Source: an uncultured Eubacteriales bacterium
GTDB lineage: Bacteria; Bacillota; Clostridia; Oscillospirales; Oscillospiraceae
Length of the DNA stretch: 64,000 nt
NCBI GenBank assembly: GCA_900320465.1
Contig: ONSQ01000011.1
Coordinates: forward strand, 140-64,139
Reading direction: 5' to 3'
This document shows, piece after piece, positions 1 through 9,251 of the stretch; the first letter of the stretch is position 1; each line of letters begins with the position of its first letter. A program made the position numbers and the translations under genes. Under the pieces are notes generated by a model. That model made no database searches. It worked only from the letters and a program-made list of their open reading frames with translations, and was not told where the DNA came from.

Positions 1-1
1 G

Positions 2-2311
2 GGCAAAACCGGTGCCAAGGACAGCGCCCCGGCCTTCGTTTATGTCTCGTCCTTCCGGGAGGTCGAGAACGACAACCGCGAGATCGGCGCCGTGTGCTAC
101 ACGGACAAGGGCTTTTACACCACCTCGTCCGATGTGGTGGGCCGCCGTGAGCCCGCGGAGGGCGAGATCGAGGAGTGGGAAGGCCAGTTTGACATCCGGC
201 GCGCCACGCTCGGTTTCGAGACCTTTGACGGCACGATGACCAAGCTGGAGGATTACACCCCCGTGGAGCTGGATGTGCCCGAGGGCCACGACGGCGGCAG
301 CGAGATGATGCAGCTTGCCGCGGCTCCCGACGGCAACCTGGCCGCGATCTACCACGTGTGGGAGAGCTGGAACGACGCTCCCGACGGCATCACCATGATG
401 GACGAGGCCTATTGGGAGTACAATCACAACAATGAGGACTGGTATCTCCAGACCATGGACGCCAACGGCCGCGAGCTCAGCCGCGCCAAGCTGGACGTGA
501 GCGATCTTGACTGGTTCTGGCCCACCGGTATTCTGTACATCGACGGCAAGATCCTGATGAACGCCCAGAACAGCGTTTTCATCCTCAACCCCGACGGCAG
601 CCGCGCCGGCAAGATCGGCGTGGACGGTTGGGTCAACAGCCTGTTCCGCCTGCGTGACGGCACGCCCTGCCTGTCCTATTCGGACAACATGACCGGTGCG
701 GTCAAGCTGGCTTCGCTGGACCCGGCCACCGGTCGGGTACTCCAGACCTGGAACGGCCCCCGCTACGGTTATGCCTTCCTGTCCGGCGGCGGTGATTACG
801 ATCTGTATTATCAGAGCGGCATCAACGTATACGGCTACGATCTGGCCACCGAGAAGAGCGAGCGGCTCTTCGACTGGCTGAACGTGGACGTGCTGATCCA
901 GTCCCTCTCCGGCAACTTCACGGTGCGGGAGGACGGTTCGATCTTCTGCGTCACCAACAACTGGGATTCCAAGTGGGAGAACGTGACCACCGAGTTTGTG
1001 ACGGTGGAGAAGAAGGCCGCGGCCGACACGCCCCAGAAGGAGGTCCTGACGCTGGCCTGCCTGGGCATGCCTGTCGACCTGCAGAGCGCGGTGGTGCGCT
1101 TTAACCGGTCAAGCAATGTGCGTGTCAACGTGATCGATTACTCCGCGTTGTATCAGACCGAGGACGACTTCACCGCCGGCCAGACCAAGCTGACCACCGA
1201 GATCATGTCCGGCACCATGCCCGACATCCTGGCGCTGCAGAACATGCCCTATCGCCAGCTGGCCGCCAAGGGCCTGCTGGAGGACCTGTATCCCTACTTT
1301 GACGCCGACAGTGAGCTGAGCCGAGACGACTTTGTGCCCAACATCCTCCGCGCCATGGAGATCGACGGCAAGCTCTATTCCACAGTCACGCGCTTCAACA
1401 TCGTGACCCTGGCCGGCAACAGCGCCGTCGTGGGCAGCAAGCCCGGCTGGACCGTGGCCGAACTGCTCGACGCGCTGAACACCATGCCCCAGGGCTGCTC
1501 GGTGCTCAACCAGTATACCACCTGCGGCGACATCCTGCGCACCGAGCTGTCGCTGGACGCTGATTACTATGTGAACTGGGAGACCGGCGAGGTCAACTTT
1601 GACAGCCAGGCCTTCATCGATCTGCTGAACCTTGCCAAGCGCTTCCCCCAGAGCGTGGATTACGCCAACATGGAAGATGAGCCGGATTCCGTCCGCATGG
1701 CCGAGGGGCGCCAGCTTCTCTCCCGGATCTATCTGGGCAGCTATGACGAGATCCTCTACAACCAGGAGCAGCTGGGCGGCAACGCCACCTTTATCGGCTA
1801 TCCGACCATCAGCGGTGTGGGCCATCTCCTGAACGTATCCAGCGGCTATGCCATCAGCCGCAGCTGCTCGAACAAGCAGGCGGCCTGGGAGCTGCTCAGA
1901 AGCTTCATGACCGAGAAAGCGCTGGAAAACAACTATTACGGCTATGGCTTCCCGGCCAACCGCAAGCTGCTGGAAAAGAGCATGAACGAGGCCATGACCA
2001 TCGAGTATGAGAAGGACGCCAACGGCAACTACAGGCTGGACGATAACGGTGAGCGCATCCCGTTGGCCCGCTACTACACCCAGACCGGCCCGGAGGAGGA
2101 GATGCAGCCCATCTACGCTCTGACGCAGGAGCAGGCCGACATGGTGACGGACATCATCAACACCACCGACAAGCTCTACACGGAGGACACGGCCGTGCTT
2201 GATATCGTCCTGGAACAGGCCGAAGCCTTCTTTGCCGGCCAGAAGACCGCCGAGGAGGTCGCCAAGCTGGTCCAGGGAAAGCTCTCGATCTACGTCAACG
2301 AACAGCGCTGA
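2..2311 (+). CDS. ABC-importer extracellular solute-binding protein (carbohydrate type), 5'-partial at window edge, with a long non-SBP N-terminal extension
   Basis: The frame is open from nt 2 with no stop before the tracked GTG at 92, so the start lies upstream. The C-terminal ~420 aa resemble family-1 sugar SBPs (TKLTTEIMSGTMPDILAL, GYAISRSCSNKQAAWELLRSF). Two MalF/MalG-type permease genes follow. Confidence 0.8.
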   Translation, partial: GKTGAKDSAPAFVYVSSFREVENDNREIGAVCYTDKGFYTTSSDVVGRREPAEGEIEEWEGQFDIRRATLGFETFDGTMTKLEDYTPVELDVPEGHDGGSEMMQLAAAPDGNLAAIYHVWESWNDAPDGITMMDEAYWEYNHNNEDWYLQTMDANGRELSRAKLDVSDLDWFWPTGILYIDGKILMNAQNSVFILNPDGSRAGKIGVDGWVNSLFRLRDGTPCLSYSDNMTGAVKLASLDPATGRVLQTWNGPRYGYAFLSGGGDYDLYYQSGINVYGYDLATEKSERLFDWLNVDVLIQSLSGNFTVREDGSIFCVTNNWDSKWENVTTEFVTVEKKAAADTPQKEVLTLACLGMPVDLQSAVVRFNRSSNVRVNVIDYSALYQTEDDFTAGQTKLTTEIMSGTMPDILALQNMPYRQLAAKGLLEDLYPYFDADSELSRDDFVPNILRAMEIDGKLYSTVTRFNIVTLAGNSAVVGSKPGWTVAELLDALNTMPQGCSVLNQYTTCGDILRTELSLDADYYVNWETGEVNFDSQAFIDLLNLAKRFPQSVDYANMEDEPDSVRMAEGRQLLSRIYLGSYDEILYNQEQLGGNATFIGYPTISGVGHLLNVSSGYAISRSCSNKQAAWELLRSFMTEKALENNYYGYGFPANRKLLEKSMNEAMTIEYEKDANGNYRLDDNGERIPLARYYTQTGPEEEMQPIYALTQEQADMVTDIINTTDKLYTEDTAVLDIVLEQAEAFFAGQKTAEEVAKLVQGKLSIYVNEQR

Positions 2312-2327
2312 GTCTTCTTTAACCTAT

Positions 2328-2357
2328 CAGCGGCGGAGAGGCTTCTCTCCGCCGCTG
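2328..2357 (+). other. Perfect 13-bp stem-loop after the SBP stop, without a U-tract
   Basis: cagcggcggagag-gctt-ctctccgccgctg with no T run after it. This fits an intra-operon stabiliser or partial attenuator better than a full terminator. Confidence 0.5.
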
Positions 2358-2444
2358 CTATGCATGTCAAAAAGACCATTTTTCTTGCGTATTACAGCAT
2401 TCTATGCTAAAATATTTTGATAATGCTTTACGGAGTGCCAGACC

Positions 2445-3335
2445 ATGACCGATCGTCAGAAAGAAAAACGAATCAGCAGACTGCGGGACTATGCCGCCAG
2501 TCTCTGCTTCCTCTCGCCCAGCCTGCTGGGCGTCGGGGTTTTCTTTATCCTGCCCTTCGGCGTCGTGGTGTATTACTCAATGATCGACGGCGTGGGCTCG
2601 CGCAACTTCGTTTTCCTGGACAATTTCACCCGTCTTCTGGGCAACTCGGCTTTTCTGCTGGCGGCGCGCAACACACTGCTGTTCTCCGCCCTGGCGGTCC
2701 CGCTGGCGGTGGTGCTCTCGCTGCTGCTGGCCCTGATGCTGGAGGCGCGCATCCCCGGCAAGTCCACCTTTCGCACCTTCTTTCTCAGCCCCATGATGGT
2801 CCCGGTGGCCTCGGTGGTGCTGATCTGGCAGGTGCTGTTCAGCTACAACGGATCGGTCAACGAGTGGGTCATGTCGCTGGGCGGCGGCAGGATCGACTGG
2901 CTGCAGACCGACTACAACATCTATGTGGTGGTGCTGCTGTTCCTGTGGAAAAACCTTGGCTACTTCATGATCCTCTTCATGGCCGGCCTTGCCAATATCC
3001 CCAGGGAGCTGCTGGAGGTGGCGGACGTGGAGGGCGCCTCGGAGACCTACAAGTTCTTTGCCATCAAGCTGCGCTATCTCTCGCCGACGGTGCTGTTCGT
3101 CATGATCCTGTCGCTGATCAACTCCTTCAAGGTCTTTCGCGAGGTCTACCTGCTCACGGGGGACTACCCGCTGGGGAGACTGTACATGCTGCAGCACTTC
3201 ATGAACAACACCTTCCGCTCGTTTGACTATCAGAAGCTCTCCGCCGCGGCGGTCATCATGGCCATCGTCATGGTGGTGCTCATCGCCCTCCTTTTCAAGA
3301 TCGAGGACTGGTTCGGAAAGGACGTGGAGGGATGA
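2445..3335 (+). CDS. Carbohydrate ABC transporter permease (MalF/LplB-like)
   Basis: 296 aa, multi-pass hydrophobic protein with GGAG upstream of the ATG. Typical binding-protein-dependent permease sequence (LWKNLGYFMILFMAGLANIPRELLEVADVEGAS, the EAA-loop region). Confidence 0.9.
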   Translation: MTDRQKEKRISRLRDYAASLCFLSPSLLGVGVFFILPFGVVVYYSMIDGVGSRNFVFLDNFTRLLGNSAFLLAARNTLLFSALAVPLAVVLSLLLALMLEARIPGKSTFRTFFLSPMMVPVASVVLIWQVLFSYNGSVNEWVMSLGGGRIDWLQTDYNIYVVVLLFLWKNLGYFMILFMAGLANIPRELLEVADVEGASETYKFFAIKLRYLSPTVLFVMILSLINSFKVFREVYLLTGDYPLGRLYMLQHFMNNTFRSFDYQKLSAAAVIMAIVMVVLIALLFKIEDWFGKDVEG

Positions 3336-4210
3336 GAAAGAAAAAACGCATGTTCTCGCGCGGCGTTATGTTTGTGCTGTGCCTGGTGTTCGCGGTGCTC
3401 TTTCTGCTTCCCACGGTGCTGACGATCACAAACTCTTTCATGTCCGAAAGCGAGATCAAGGCCAACTATGGCATGATCTTTTCCACCACGGGCGGGGGCT
3501 TTGTGTCCAAGCACGTGAATCTGAAGTTTATTCCCGACCGGGTCACCCTTTCACAGTACATCTCGGGGCTGATCAAATCCCCAAATTATCTCATCAAATA
3601 CTGGAACAGCATCCTGCTGGTGGCCCCCATCGTGGTTTTCCAGGTGGCCATCGCCTCGGTAGCCGCCTACAGCTTCACGCGCTGGCGCGGCAAGATCCGC
3701 GACGGCATCTTCTTCTTTTACGTGATCCTGATGCTCATGCCCTACCAGGTCACGCTGGTGCCCAACTTCCTGGTCAGCCAGTGGCTGGGAATCATCAATA
3801 CCCCCTGGTCCATTATCCTGCCCGGCATTTTCGCGCCCTTCTCGGTGTTCCTGCTGACCAAGTTCATGCGCCGCATCCCGTACTCGCTGATCGAGGCGGC
3901 CAAGGTGGACGGCGCCAATGAATGGCAGATCTTCACCCGTATCTGCCTGCCGGAGTGCCGCTCGGCGCTGTACTCCATTGCGATCCTGGTGTTTATCGAC
4001 TACTGGAACATGGTGGAGCAGCCGCTGATCCTCCTGAAGGACGCCGACGCCCAGCCGCTGTCGGTGTTCCTGTCCAACATCAACTCCGGCGAGATTGGCC
4101 TTGCCTTCGCCATGGCCACCGTGTATATGATCCCCTCGCTGCTGCTGTTCCTGCACGGCGAGGAATACCTGGTCGAGGGCATTGCCAACCAGGGCAGCGT
4201 CAAAGGATAA
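3332..4210 (+). CDS. Carbohydrate ABC transporter permease (MalG/LplC-like)
   Basis: 292 aa, with an ATGA start/stop overlap with the previous permease. EAA-loop-like IEAAKVDGANEWQIFTRICLP and six predicted hydrophobic spans. Confidence 0.9.
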   Translation: MRKKKRMFSRGVMFVLCLVFAVLFLLPTVLTITNSFMSESEIKANYGMIFSTTGGGFVSKHVNLKFIPDRVTLSQYISGLIKSPNYLIKYWNSILLVAPIVVFQVAIASVAAYSFTRWRGKIRDGIFFFYVILMLMPYQVTLVPNFLVSQWLGIINTPWSIILPGIFAPFSVFLLTKFMRRIPYSLIEAAKVDGANEWQIFTRICLPECRSALYSIAILVFIDYWNMVEQPLILLKDADAQPLSVFLSNINSGEIGLAFAMATVYMIPSLLLFLHGEEYLVEGIANQGSVKG

Positions 4211-4316
4211 AGAATACCTTATAGCCTTCCCTCTCGGGGGAAGGTGGCGCATAGCGCCGGATGAGGTCTTTCCCCGTCCTGTGCAACATCCTCACGAACG
4301 GAGCGTGTCGTATTTC

Positions 4317-6050
4317 ATGGAAACCAAACCGAAAAACCGAGAATGGGTCAAGAACGCCGCGATTATCTTTCTTGCGGTGCTGCTTGTGCTGACCTTTTTT
4401 TCCAACACGATCATGAACCGCAGTCTGCCCGAGGTGGCGACGGCCTATGTCCAGTCCGACAGCATCACCGCCCGCGTGCGCGGCACCGGCACGGTGGAGT
4501 CCCAGGGCGTCTATGAGGTCAAGGCTACCGAGACCCGCGAGATCCGCGCGGTCATGATCAAATCCGGACAGACCATCGAGGCGGGCGACGTGCTCTTCGT
4601 TCTGGGTGAGGGCGACAGCGCCGAGATCGAGGCGGCCCAGGAGCAGCTGCGCCAGCTCAAGCTCAGCTACAGCCAGACCGCCGTCGGAGCTACCAACTAC
4701 TCCGGCCAGCTGCAAAAGGCCCAGTCCCGCTATGACGCTGCCGTCGCGGCCGAGGCCGCCGCTCTGGCCGAGCTCAACGGCAACCCGGATTTCCAGAGCG
4801 CACAGGCCGCGCTCACGTCTGCCCAGGACAAGCTGGCTTCTGCCCAGCTGAACTATACGCTGGCCAACAGCACGGCGATACAGAGTGTGGGCAATCTCAT
4901 TTTTGCCTTTAACGAGTTTGAAACGAGCTGCAGCGCACATGGCCTCGACACCCTGGCGCTCAACGATGTGGAGTACGCGCTCAACAGCGCCCGCGAAGCC
5001 CTCAGCGCCGCCGACGGCAGCGCCAACTCCGTGGCCGTCGCCGTTGACAAGATCCAGAGCGCCGAGCAGGGCGTGCTGATGTATGAGCTGGCCATATCCT
5101 CCTCCGTCACACCGGAGCTGGCCGACAAGCTCGCCGCCCTCAAGACCTGCTTCACCCAGAGCCAGAATTATCTGGTCGGTGCCGGGGGGAGCTCGCTGAT
5201 GGACTCGGTCAACGAACAGCACGAAGCGCAGGAGCGTTATAACGGTGCCAGCACGCAGTACGAAGGCTTCAGCAGCCTCTTTACCGAAAAATACAACAGC
5301 GCCGTGGCCGAGCGCAACGCGGCCGAGGCCGCGCTGAAGTCTCTGCGCGACAGCGCCGACGATTACGGCCGACAGGCTGCGCTGACGGGACTCAGCCTCC
5401 AGGATCTGAAATACCAGATCGAGCGCGCCCAGGAGAAGCTGGACTCCCTCACCGGAGGCAGTGAAAACCAGATCACCTCCAACGTCTCCGGCACCGTGGC
5501 CAGTGTGGCCGTTACCGCCGGCACCACGGCGACAAAGGACCAGGTCATCGCCACCATTGAGGTCCCGGATATGGGCTATACGGTCTCGTTTTCCGTCACC
5601 ACCGACCAGGCCCGCCGTCTGCGCCCCGGCGACAGCGCCGAGGTCACCAGCTATTACTGGGGAAGCCACATCGATGCGACCCTCAGCGCCATCAAAAACG
5701 ACCCCAAAAATCCATTGACCAACAAGCTGCTGGAGTTTGACGTCTCCGGTGATGTTGCCGCCGGCGCCCAGCTGACGATCTCCATCGGCGAGCGCAGCGC
5801 CTCCTACGATCTCGTGATTCCCAACAGCGCCATCCGCTCAGACTCCAACGGCAAATTCGTCTATGTGATCCAGGCCAAGAACTCCGCCCTGGGCAATCGG
5901 TATTTTGCCCGCCGCGTCAACGTGGAGGTCCTGGCCAGCGACGACAACAACTCCGCCGTCACCGGGAACCTTGATTACGGCGACTATGTGATCACCACCT
6001 CCAGCGCCCCCATCAAGAGCGGCGACCAGGTCAGAATGGCCGAGGGCTGA
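4317..6050 (+). CDS. HlyD/MacA-type membrane-fusion (periplasmic adaptor) protein with an unusually long coiled-coil hairpin
   Basis: I chose the internal ATG at 4317 (METKPKNREW..), which gives an N-terminal TM (AAIIFLAVLLVLTFF). Lipoyl-like halves (EIRAVMIKSGQTIEAGDVLFVL ... VSGTVASVAVTAGTTATKDQVIATIE) are split by ~300 aa of Ala/Gln/Glu-rich helix. A beta-barrel/MP-like C-terminus follows. Confidence 0.8.
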   Translation: METKPKNREWVKNAAIIFLAVLLVLTFFSNTIMNRSLPEVATAYVQSDSITARVRGTGTVESQGVYEVKATETREIRAVMIKSGQTIEAGDVLFVLGEGDSAEIEAAQEQLRQLKLSYSQTAVGATNYSGQLQKAQSRYDAAVAAEAAALAELNGNPDFQSAQAALTSAQDKLASAQLNYTLANSTAIQSVGNLIFAFNEFETSCSAHGLDTLALNDVEYALNSAREALSAADGSANSVAVAVDKIQSAEQGVLMYELAISSSVTPELADKLAALKTCFTQSQNYLVGAGGSSLMDSVNEQHEAQERYNGASTQYEGFSSLFTEKYNSAVAERNAAEAALKSLRDSADDYGRQAALTGLSLQDLKYQIERAQEKLDSLTGGSENQITSNVSGTVASVAVTAGTTATKDQVIATIEVPDMGYTVSFSVTTDQARRLRPGDSAEVTSYYWGSHIDATLSAIKNDPKNPLTNKLLEFDVSGDVAAGAQLTISIGERSASYDLVIPNSAIRSDSNGKFVYVIQAKNSALGNRYFARRVNVEVLASDDNNSAVTGNLDYGDYVITTSSAPIKSGDQVRMAEG

Positions 6051-6051
6051 G

Positions 6052-7119
6052 ATGAAGATACGCAAAAGCAAAAAAACGCTGTGGCGGATCGCCTGCGTGC
6101 TGATGCTGCTCTTCGCCTTCGTGTGCGCCTCCGGCGTGCGCATGATCGCGCAGAAGCTGCTCTCCCAGCAGGAGGCTGAGCGCTGGCAGGGCGAAAGCGA
6201 GCAGCATTACAGCCAGGTCAGCTGCTTCCTCCGTTCGGACGCACCTGTGCAGCAGAGCGAGATCTACACTTTCCGATATGCCATGCTGGATGCCCTCAAG
6301 GGCGCGGGCGTGGAGTGGGATGAGGAGCTTTACCCCTTCATCGACGCCTGGAGCGGCGAGGGCAAGCTGCACATCTCCGGCGATGAGGGCGCCACCGACG
6401 CGCCGGTGCTGGCCGTGGGCGGACAGTTTTTCGCCTTCCACCCACTGCGCCTGCTCAGCGGAAGCTATATTGCGGAGGGAGATCTGTCACCGGACCGGGT
6501 GATCCTGGACCGGGAGCTGGCCTGGGAGCTGTTCGGCGGCTTTGATCTTGCTGGCATGCGCGTGGAGATCCAGGGCCGTTCTTTCGTTGTCGGCGGCGTA
6601 GTGGACCGGGAGGGCGACAGCGCCAGCCGGCGGGCCTACTCCGGCGAGAAAGGCTTTTTCATGAGCTATGACGCCTATCGCGCGCTCACCGAAAAAGACG
6701 AGATCCGCTGCTACGAGGTGGTCATGCCCGAAGTGGTCAAGGGCTTTGCCGCCCAGCTGGTGGGCGATAAGTTCCCACTGAAGGAAGGGGAGAGCATCGT
6801 CAACACGAACCGCTTCTCACCCTCACGTCTTCTCCAGATCGCCCGAGACCTGCCATCGCGCAGCGCGCACGCGGGCACAGTAGCCTATCCCTACTGGGAG
6901 AACGCCGCCCGCATTGCTGAGAGTGAGTGCGCTTTCCTTGCGGTGCTGGCGCTGCTGTTCTCCTTGCCCGCGGCGATTACGCTGGTGGTTGACCTGATCC
7001 GTCTGCTGATCCGCGGCAAGAACGAATTGGAGGACGAACTGCTCCCCAAGGCCAAGGAAAACGTGGAGGAAGCGATCCGCGTCCGCGCCCGCAAGCACTG
7101 GGAAAAAACGCATCAATAA
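6052..7119 (+). CDS. MacB-periplasmic-core-domain membrane protein (TM-PCD-TM) lacking a full FtsX 4-TM module
   Basis: 355 aa, starting 1 nt after the adaptor stop. N-terminal TM, then a MacB_PCD-like signature (VILDRELAWELFGGFDLAGMRVEIQGRSFVVGGVV). Only one further hydrophobic span (AFLAVLALLFSLPAAITLVVDLI) precedes a charged tail. Confidence 0.6.
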   Translation: MKIRKSKKTLWRIACVLMLLFAFVCASGVRMIAQKLLSQQEAERWQGESEQHYSQVSCFLRSDAPVQQSEIYTFRYAMLDALKGAGVEWDEELYPFIDAWSGEGKLHISGDEGATDAPVLAVGGQFFAFHPLRLLSGSYIAEGDLSPDRVILDRELAWELFGGFDLAGMRVEIQGRSFVVGGVVDREGDSASRRAYSGEKGFFMSYDAYRALTEKDEIRCYEVVMPEVVKGFAAQLVGDKFPLKEGESIVNTNRFSPSRLLQIARDLPSRSAHAGTVAYPYWENAARIAESECAFLAVLALLFSLPAAITLVVDLIRLLIRGKNELEDELLPKAKENVEEAIRVRARKHWEKTHQ

Positions 7120-7130
7120 AAGCAAACGAT

Positions 7131-7161
7131 CCGCGGGCGGCGTCAGCCGCCCGCGTTTTTA
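7131..7161 (+). terminator. Rho-independent terminator ending the importer/adaptor operon
   Basis: ccgcgggcggc-gtca-gccgcccgcg followed by ttttt. Confidence 0.8.
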
Positions 7162-7250
7162 TGCCCCTGTGAGCGAAGATATATATTTTATATTGAAAAG
7201 CGCCGCAAACCTATGCTACAATAATTGGAAAGTACTATTCGGAGCGGCAT

Positions 7251-8003
7251 ATGGATACAATCACTTCAAGGAAAAACGCCTATATCGTCCACCTGCGGTC
7301 CCTGTCCGGCGATGCTGCCTATCGTCAGGAAAAAGGAGAATATCTCTGTGACGGCCACAAGCTGCTGACCGAGGCCATCGCCGCCGACGCGGAAATCAGC
7401 TCCGTCCTGTGGAAAGATGCTCCCATGCGCGACCTGCCCTGTAAGCGGCAGTTCTGCGCCCCGGCGGAGCTGTTTGATTATGCCTCGCCGATGAAAAACA
7501 GCCCCGGCCCGCTGTTCACGGTCCGCATGCCGCTTCGGCTGCACGAGGATACGCTTCGCAACGCCATCGTCCTGGAGAATGTCCAGGACCCGGGCAACGT
7601 AGGGACCGTGCTGCGCACGGCCGCTGCCTTCGGAATCGACGCGGTGCTGCTCTGCGGCGATTGCGCCGATCTGTACAGTCCCAAAACCGTCCGCGCCACC
7701 ATGGGCGCCATCTTTCGTCAGCGAGCTTGTACGCTGAGCCGGGAGGAGCTGACGGATCTGCTGCGCCAAAGCGGCCTGCCGCTCTACGGCGCGGCGCTTT
7801 CGGAGCAGGCCAGGGACGTTCGGAAGGTTGACATAACACATTGCGCTGTGGCCGTCGGCAGCGAAGGCCGCGGCTTGAGCGAGGAAATCCTCGCTCTTTG
7901 TGAGGAACAGATCATCATCCCCATGGACGCCCACAGCGAATCGCTCAACGCGGCGGTCGCGGCGTCTGTGCTTATGTGGGAGATGGCACGGGAAAGGGAG
8001 TAG
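7251..8003 (+). CDS. TrmH/SpoU-family RNA 2'-O-methyltransferase (group 3, RlmB/YsgA-like)
   Basis: 250 aa. SpoU motifs LENVQDPGNVGTVLRTAAAFG, AVAVGSEGRGLS and IPMDAHSESLNAAVAASVLM. Confidence 0.85.
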   Translation: MDTITSRKNAYIVHLRSLSGDAAYRQEKGEYLCDGHKLLTEAIAADAEISSVLWKDAPMRDLPCKRQFCAPAELFDYASPMKNSPGPLFTVRMPLRLHEDTLRNAIVLENVQDPGNVGTVLRTAAAFGIDAVLLCGDCADLYSPKTVRATMGAIFRQRACTLSREELTDLLRQSGLPLYGAALSEQARDVRKVDITHCAVAVGSEGRGLSEEILALCEEQIIIPMDAHSESLNAAVAASVLMWEMARERE

Positions 8004-8006
8004 ACG

Positions 8007-9230
8007 ATGTCTGCACTGAGCTATTGGATTTGGCTCTCTTCGCTCGATACGGTCAGTCCCCGGGCAAAGACCGCTGTCATCCGCCGCTTCGGCGACGCCG
8101 AGAGCGCGTATTTCGCGCCGCGCGGAGCGCTTGCAGCGACCGAGGGCGTGGGCCCGGCCGAAGGGGAAGAACTGGAGCGCAGGGACCTGTCCCGTGTGGA
8201 GGAAATACTGGAGGACTGCGAGATGCAGCACCTGAGCATCCTCACGCTGCAGGATGCCATGTATCCTGCCCGCCTGCGCACGATTGCCGACCCGCCGGTG
8301 GTGCTCTACGCGCGGGGGAGGATGCCCGCCGTCGATGACGAGGCCGTGGTGGCTGTCGTCGGCACACGCAAGGCCTCACCCTATGGCATCAAGATGAGCC
8401 TCTCGCTCTCCTACGAGCTGGCCATGGGCGGGGCGGTTGTGGTTTCCGGCCTGACTGCCGGCGTGGACGCCGCTGCCGCGCGCGGGGTGCTGAACGCCGG
8501 AGGCGTCTGCATTGGCGTGCTCGGTACGGATCATGAGAGCCAGGACAGTGAGCTTGCCCTGGACGTGGCCACCCGCGGCGTGCTGCTGAGCGAATATGCC
8601 CCCGGCACGCGTATGCTGAAGAGCCATTTTCGCGACCGCAATCGCATCAGCGCCGGCCTTTCCCTCGGCGTTGTGGCGGTGGAGGCGCCGCAGAAGAGCG
8701 GCACGCTGCTCTTCGTGGCCGAGGCCCTTGAGCAGGGCCGCGAGATTTTTGCCGTTCCCGGCAATGCGGATGTCTACAGCTGTCTTGGTACCAATGAATT
8801 GTTGAAAGAGGGTGCCAAGCCTGTTACCTGCGGCTGGGATGTGCTGAGTGAATTTGCACCGCTCTTCCCGGGACGGCTGCACGACCCGGGGATGAGCCCG
8901 CTGCGTTCCGTACCGGCTGCCGTGGCCGCGCCGTCCATGCCGCGCCAAAGGCCCGAAAAGCAGCCTGAGAGCGACAAAAAAGAGATTGACAAGCCAAAGA
9001 GCGGAGAATATATTGACTTACGGGATCAACTTGCCTCTCTGAGTGAGATCCAGTTGAAAATCATTTCCGCCATCGAACCGGAGCCTACCCACATCGACGA
9101 TATCGTGGAAAAAACCGGACTCGGCGCGGCCAGCGTGCTGACACAGCTGACGGTGCTGACGGTCAAGGGCTTCATCAAACGCATGCCCGGCAATCGGGTG
9201 GCGCTCAATGTCCAGCGCCGCGGATTTTAA
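8007..9230 (+). CDS. dprA: DNA-processing protein DprA (Smf)
   Basis: 407 aa. Rossmann-like DprA core (VAVVGTRKASPYG, GLTAGVDAAAARG, PQKSGTLLFVAEALEQGREIFAVPG) and a C-terminal winged-helix-like tail. Lies upstream of topA, as in other Firmicutes. Confidence 0.85.
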   Translation: MSALSYWIWLSSLDTVSPRAKTAVIRRFGDAESAYFAPRGALAATEGVGPAEGEELERRDLSRVEEILEDCEMQHLSILTLQDAMYPARLRTIADPPVVLYARGRMPAVDDEAVVAVVGTRKASPYGIKMSLSLSYELAMGGAVVVSGLTAGVDAAAARGVLNAGGVCIGVLGTDHESQDSELALDVATRGVLLSEYAPGTRMLKSHFRDRNRISAGLSLGVVAVEAPQKSGTLLFVAEALEQGREIFAVPGNADVYSCLGTNELLKEGAKPVTCGWDVLSEFAPLFPGRLHDPGMSPLRSVPAAVAAPSMPRQRPEKQPESDKKEIDKPKSGEYIDLRDQLASLSEIQLKIISAIEPEPTHIDDIVEKTGLGAASVLTQLTVLTVKGFIKRMPGNRVALNVQRRGF

Positions 9231-9251
9231 ACAGCAAAGTGAGGAACAACA

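Noticed and set aside
4182-4316. Upstream extensions of tracked ORF starts
   Set aside because: Internal starts were preferred at 4317, 18584, 19869, 33761, 35186, 38243, 39634, 42397, 45706, 56780, 57745, 59497 and 62154. The tracked starts replaced were 4182, 18542, 19758, 33752, 35165, 38153, 39598, 42436, 45850, 56768, 57706, 59431 and 62082. The internal starts have an RBS at proper spacing, restore canonical N-termini or signal peptides, and avoid overlaps with neighbouring genes or terminators.
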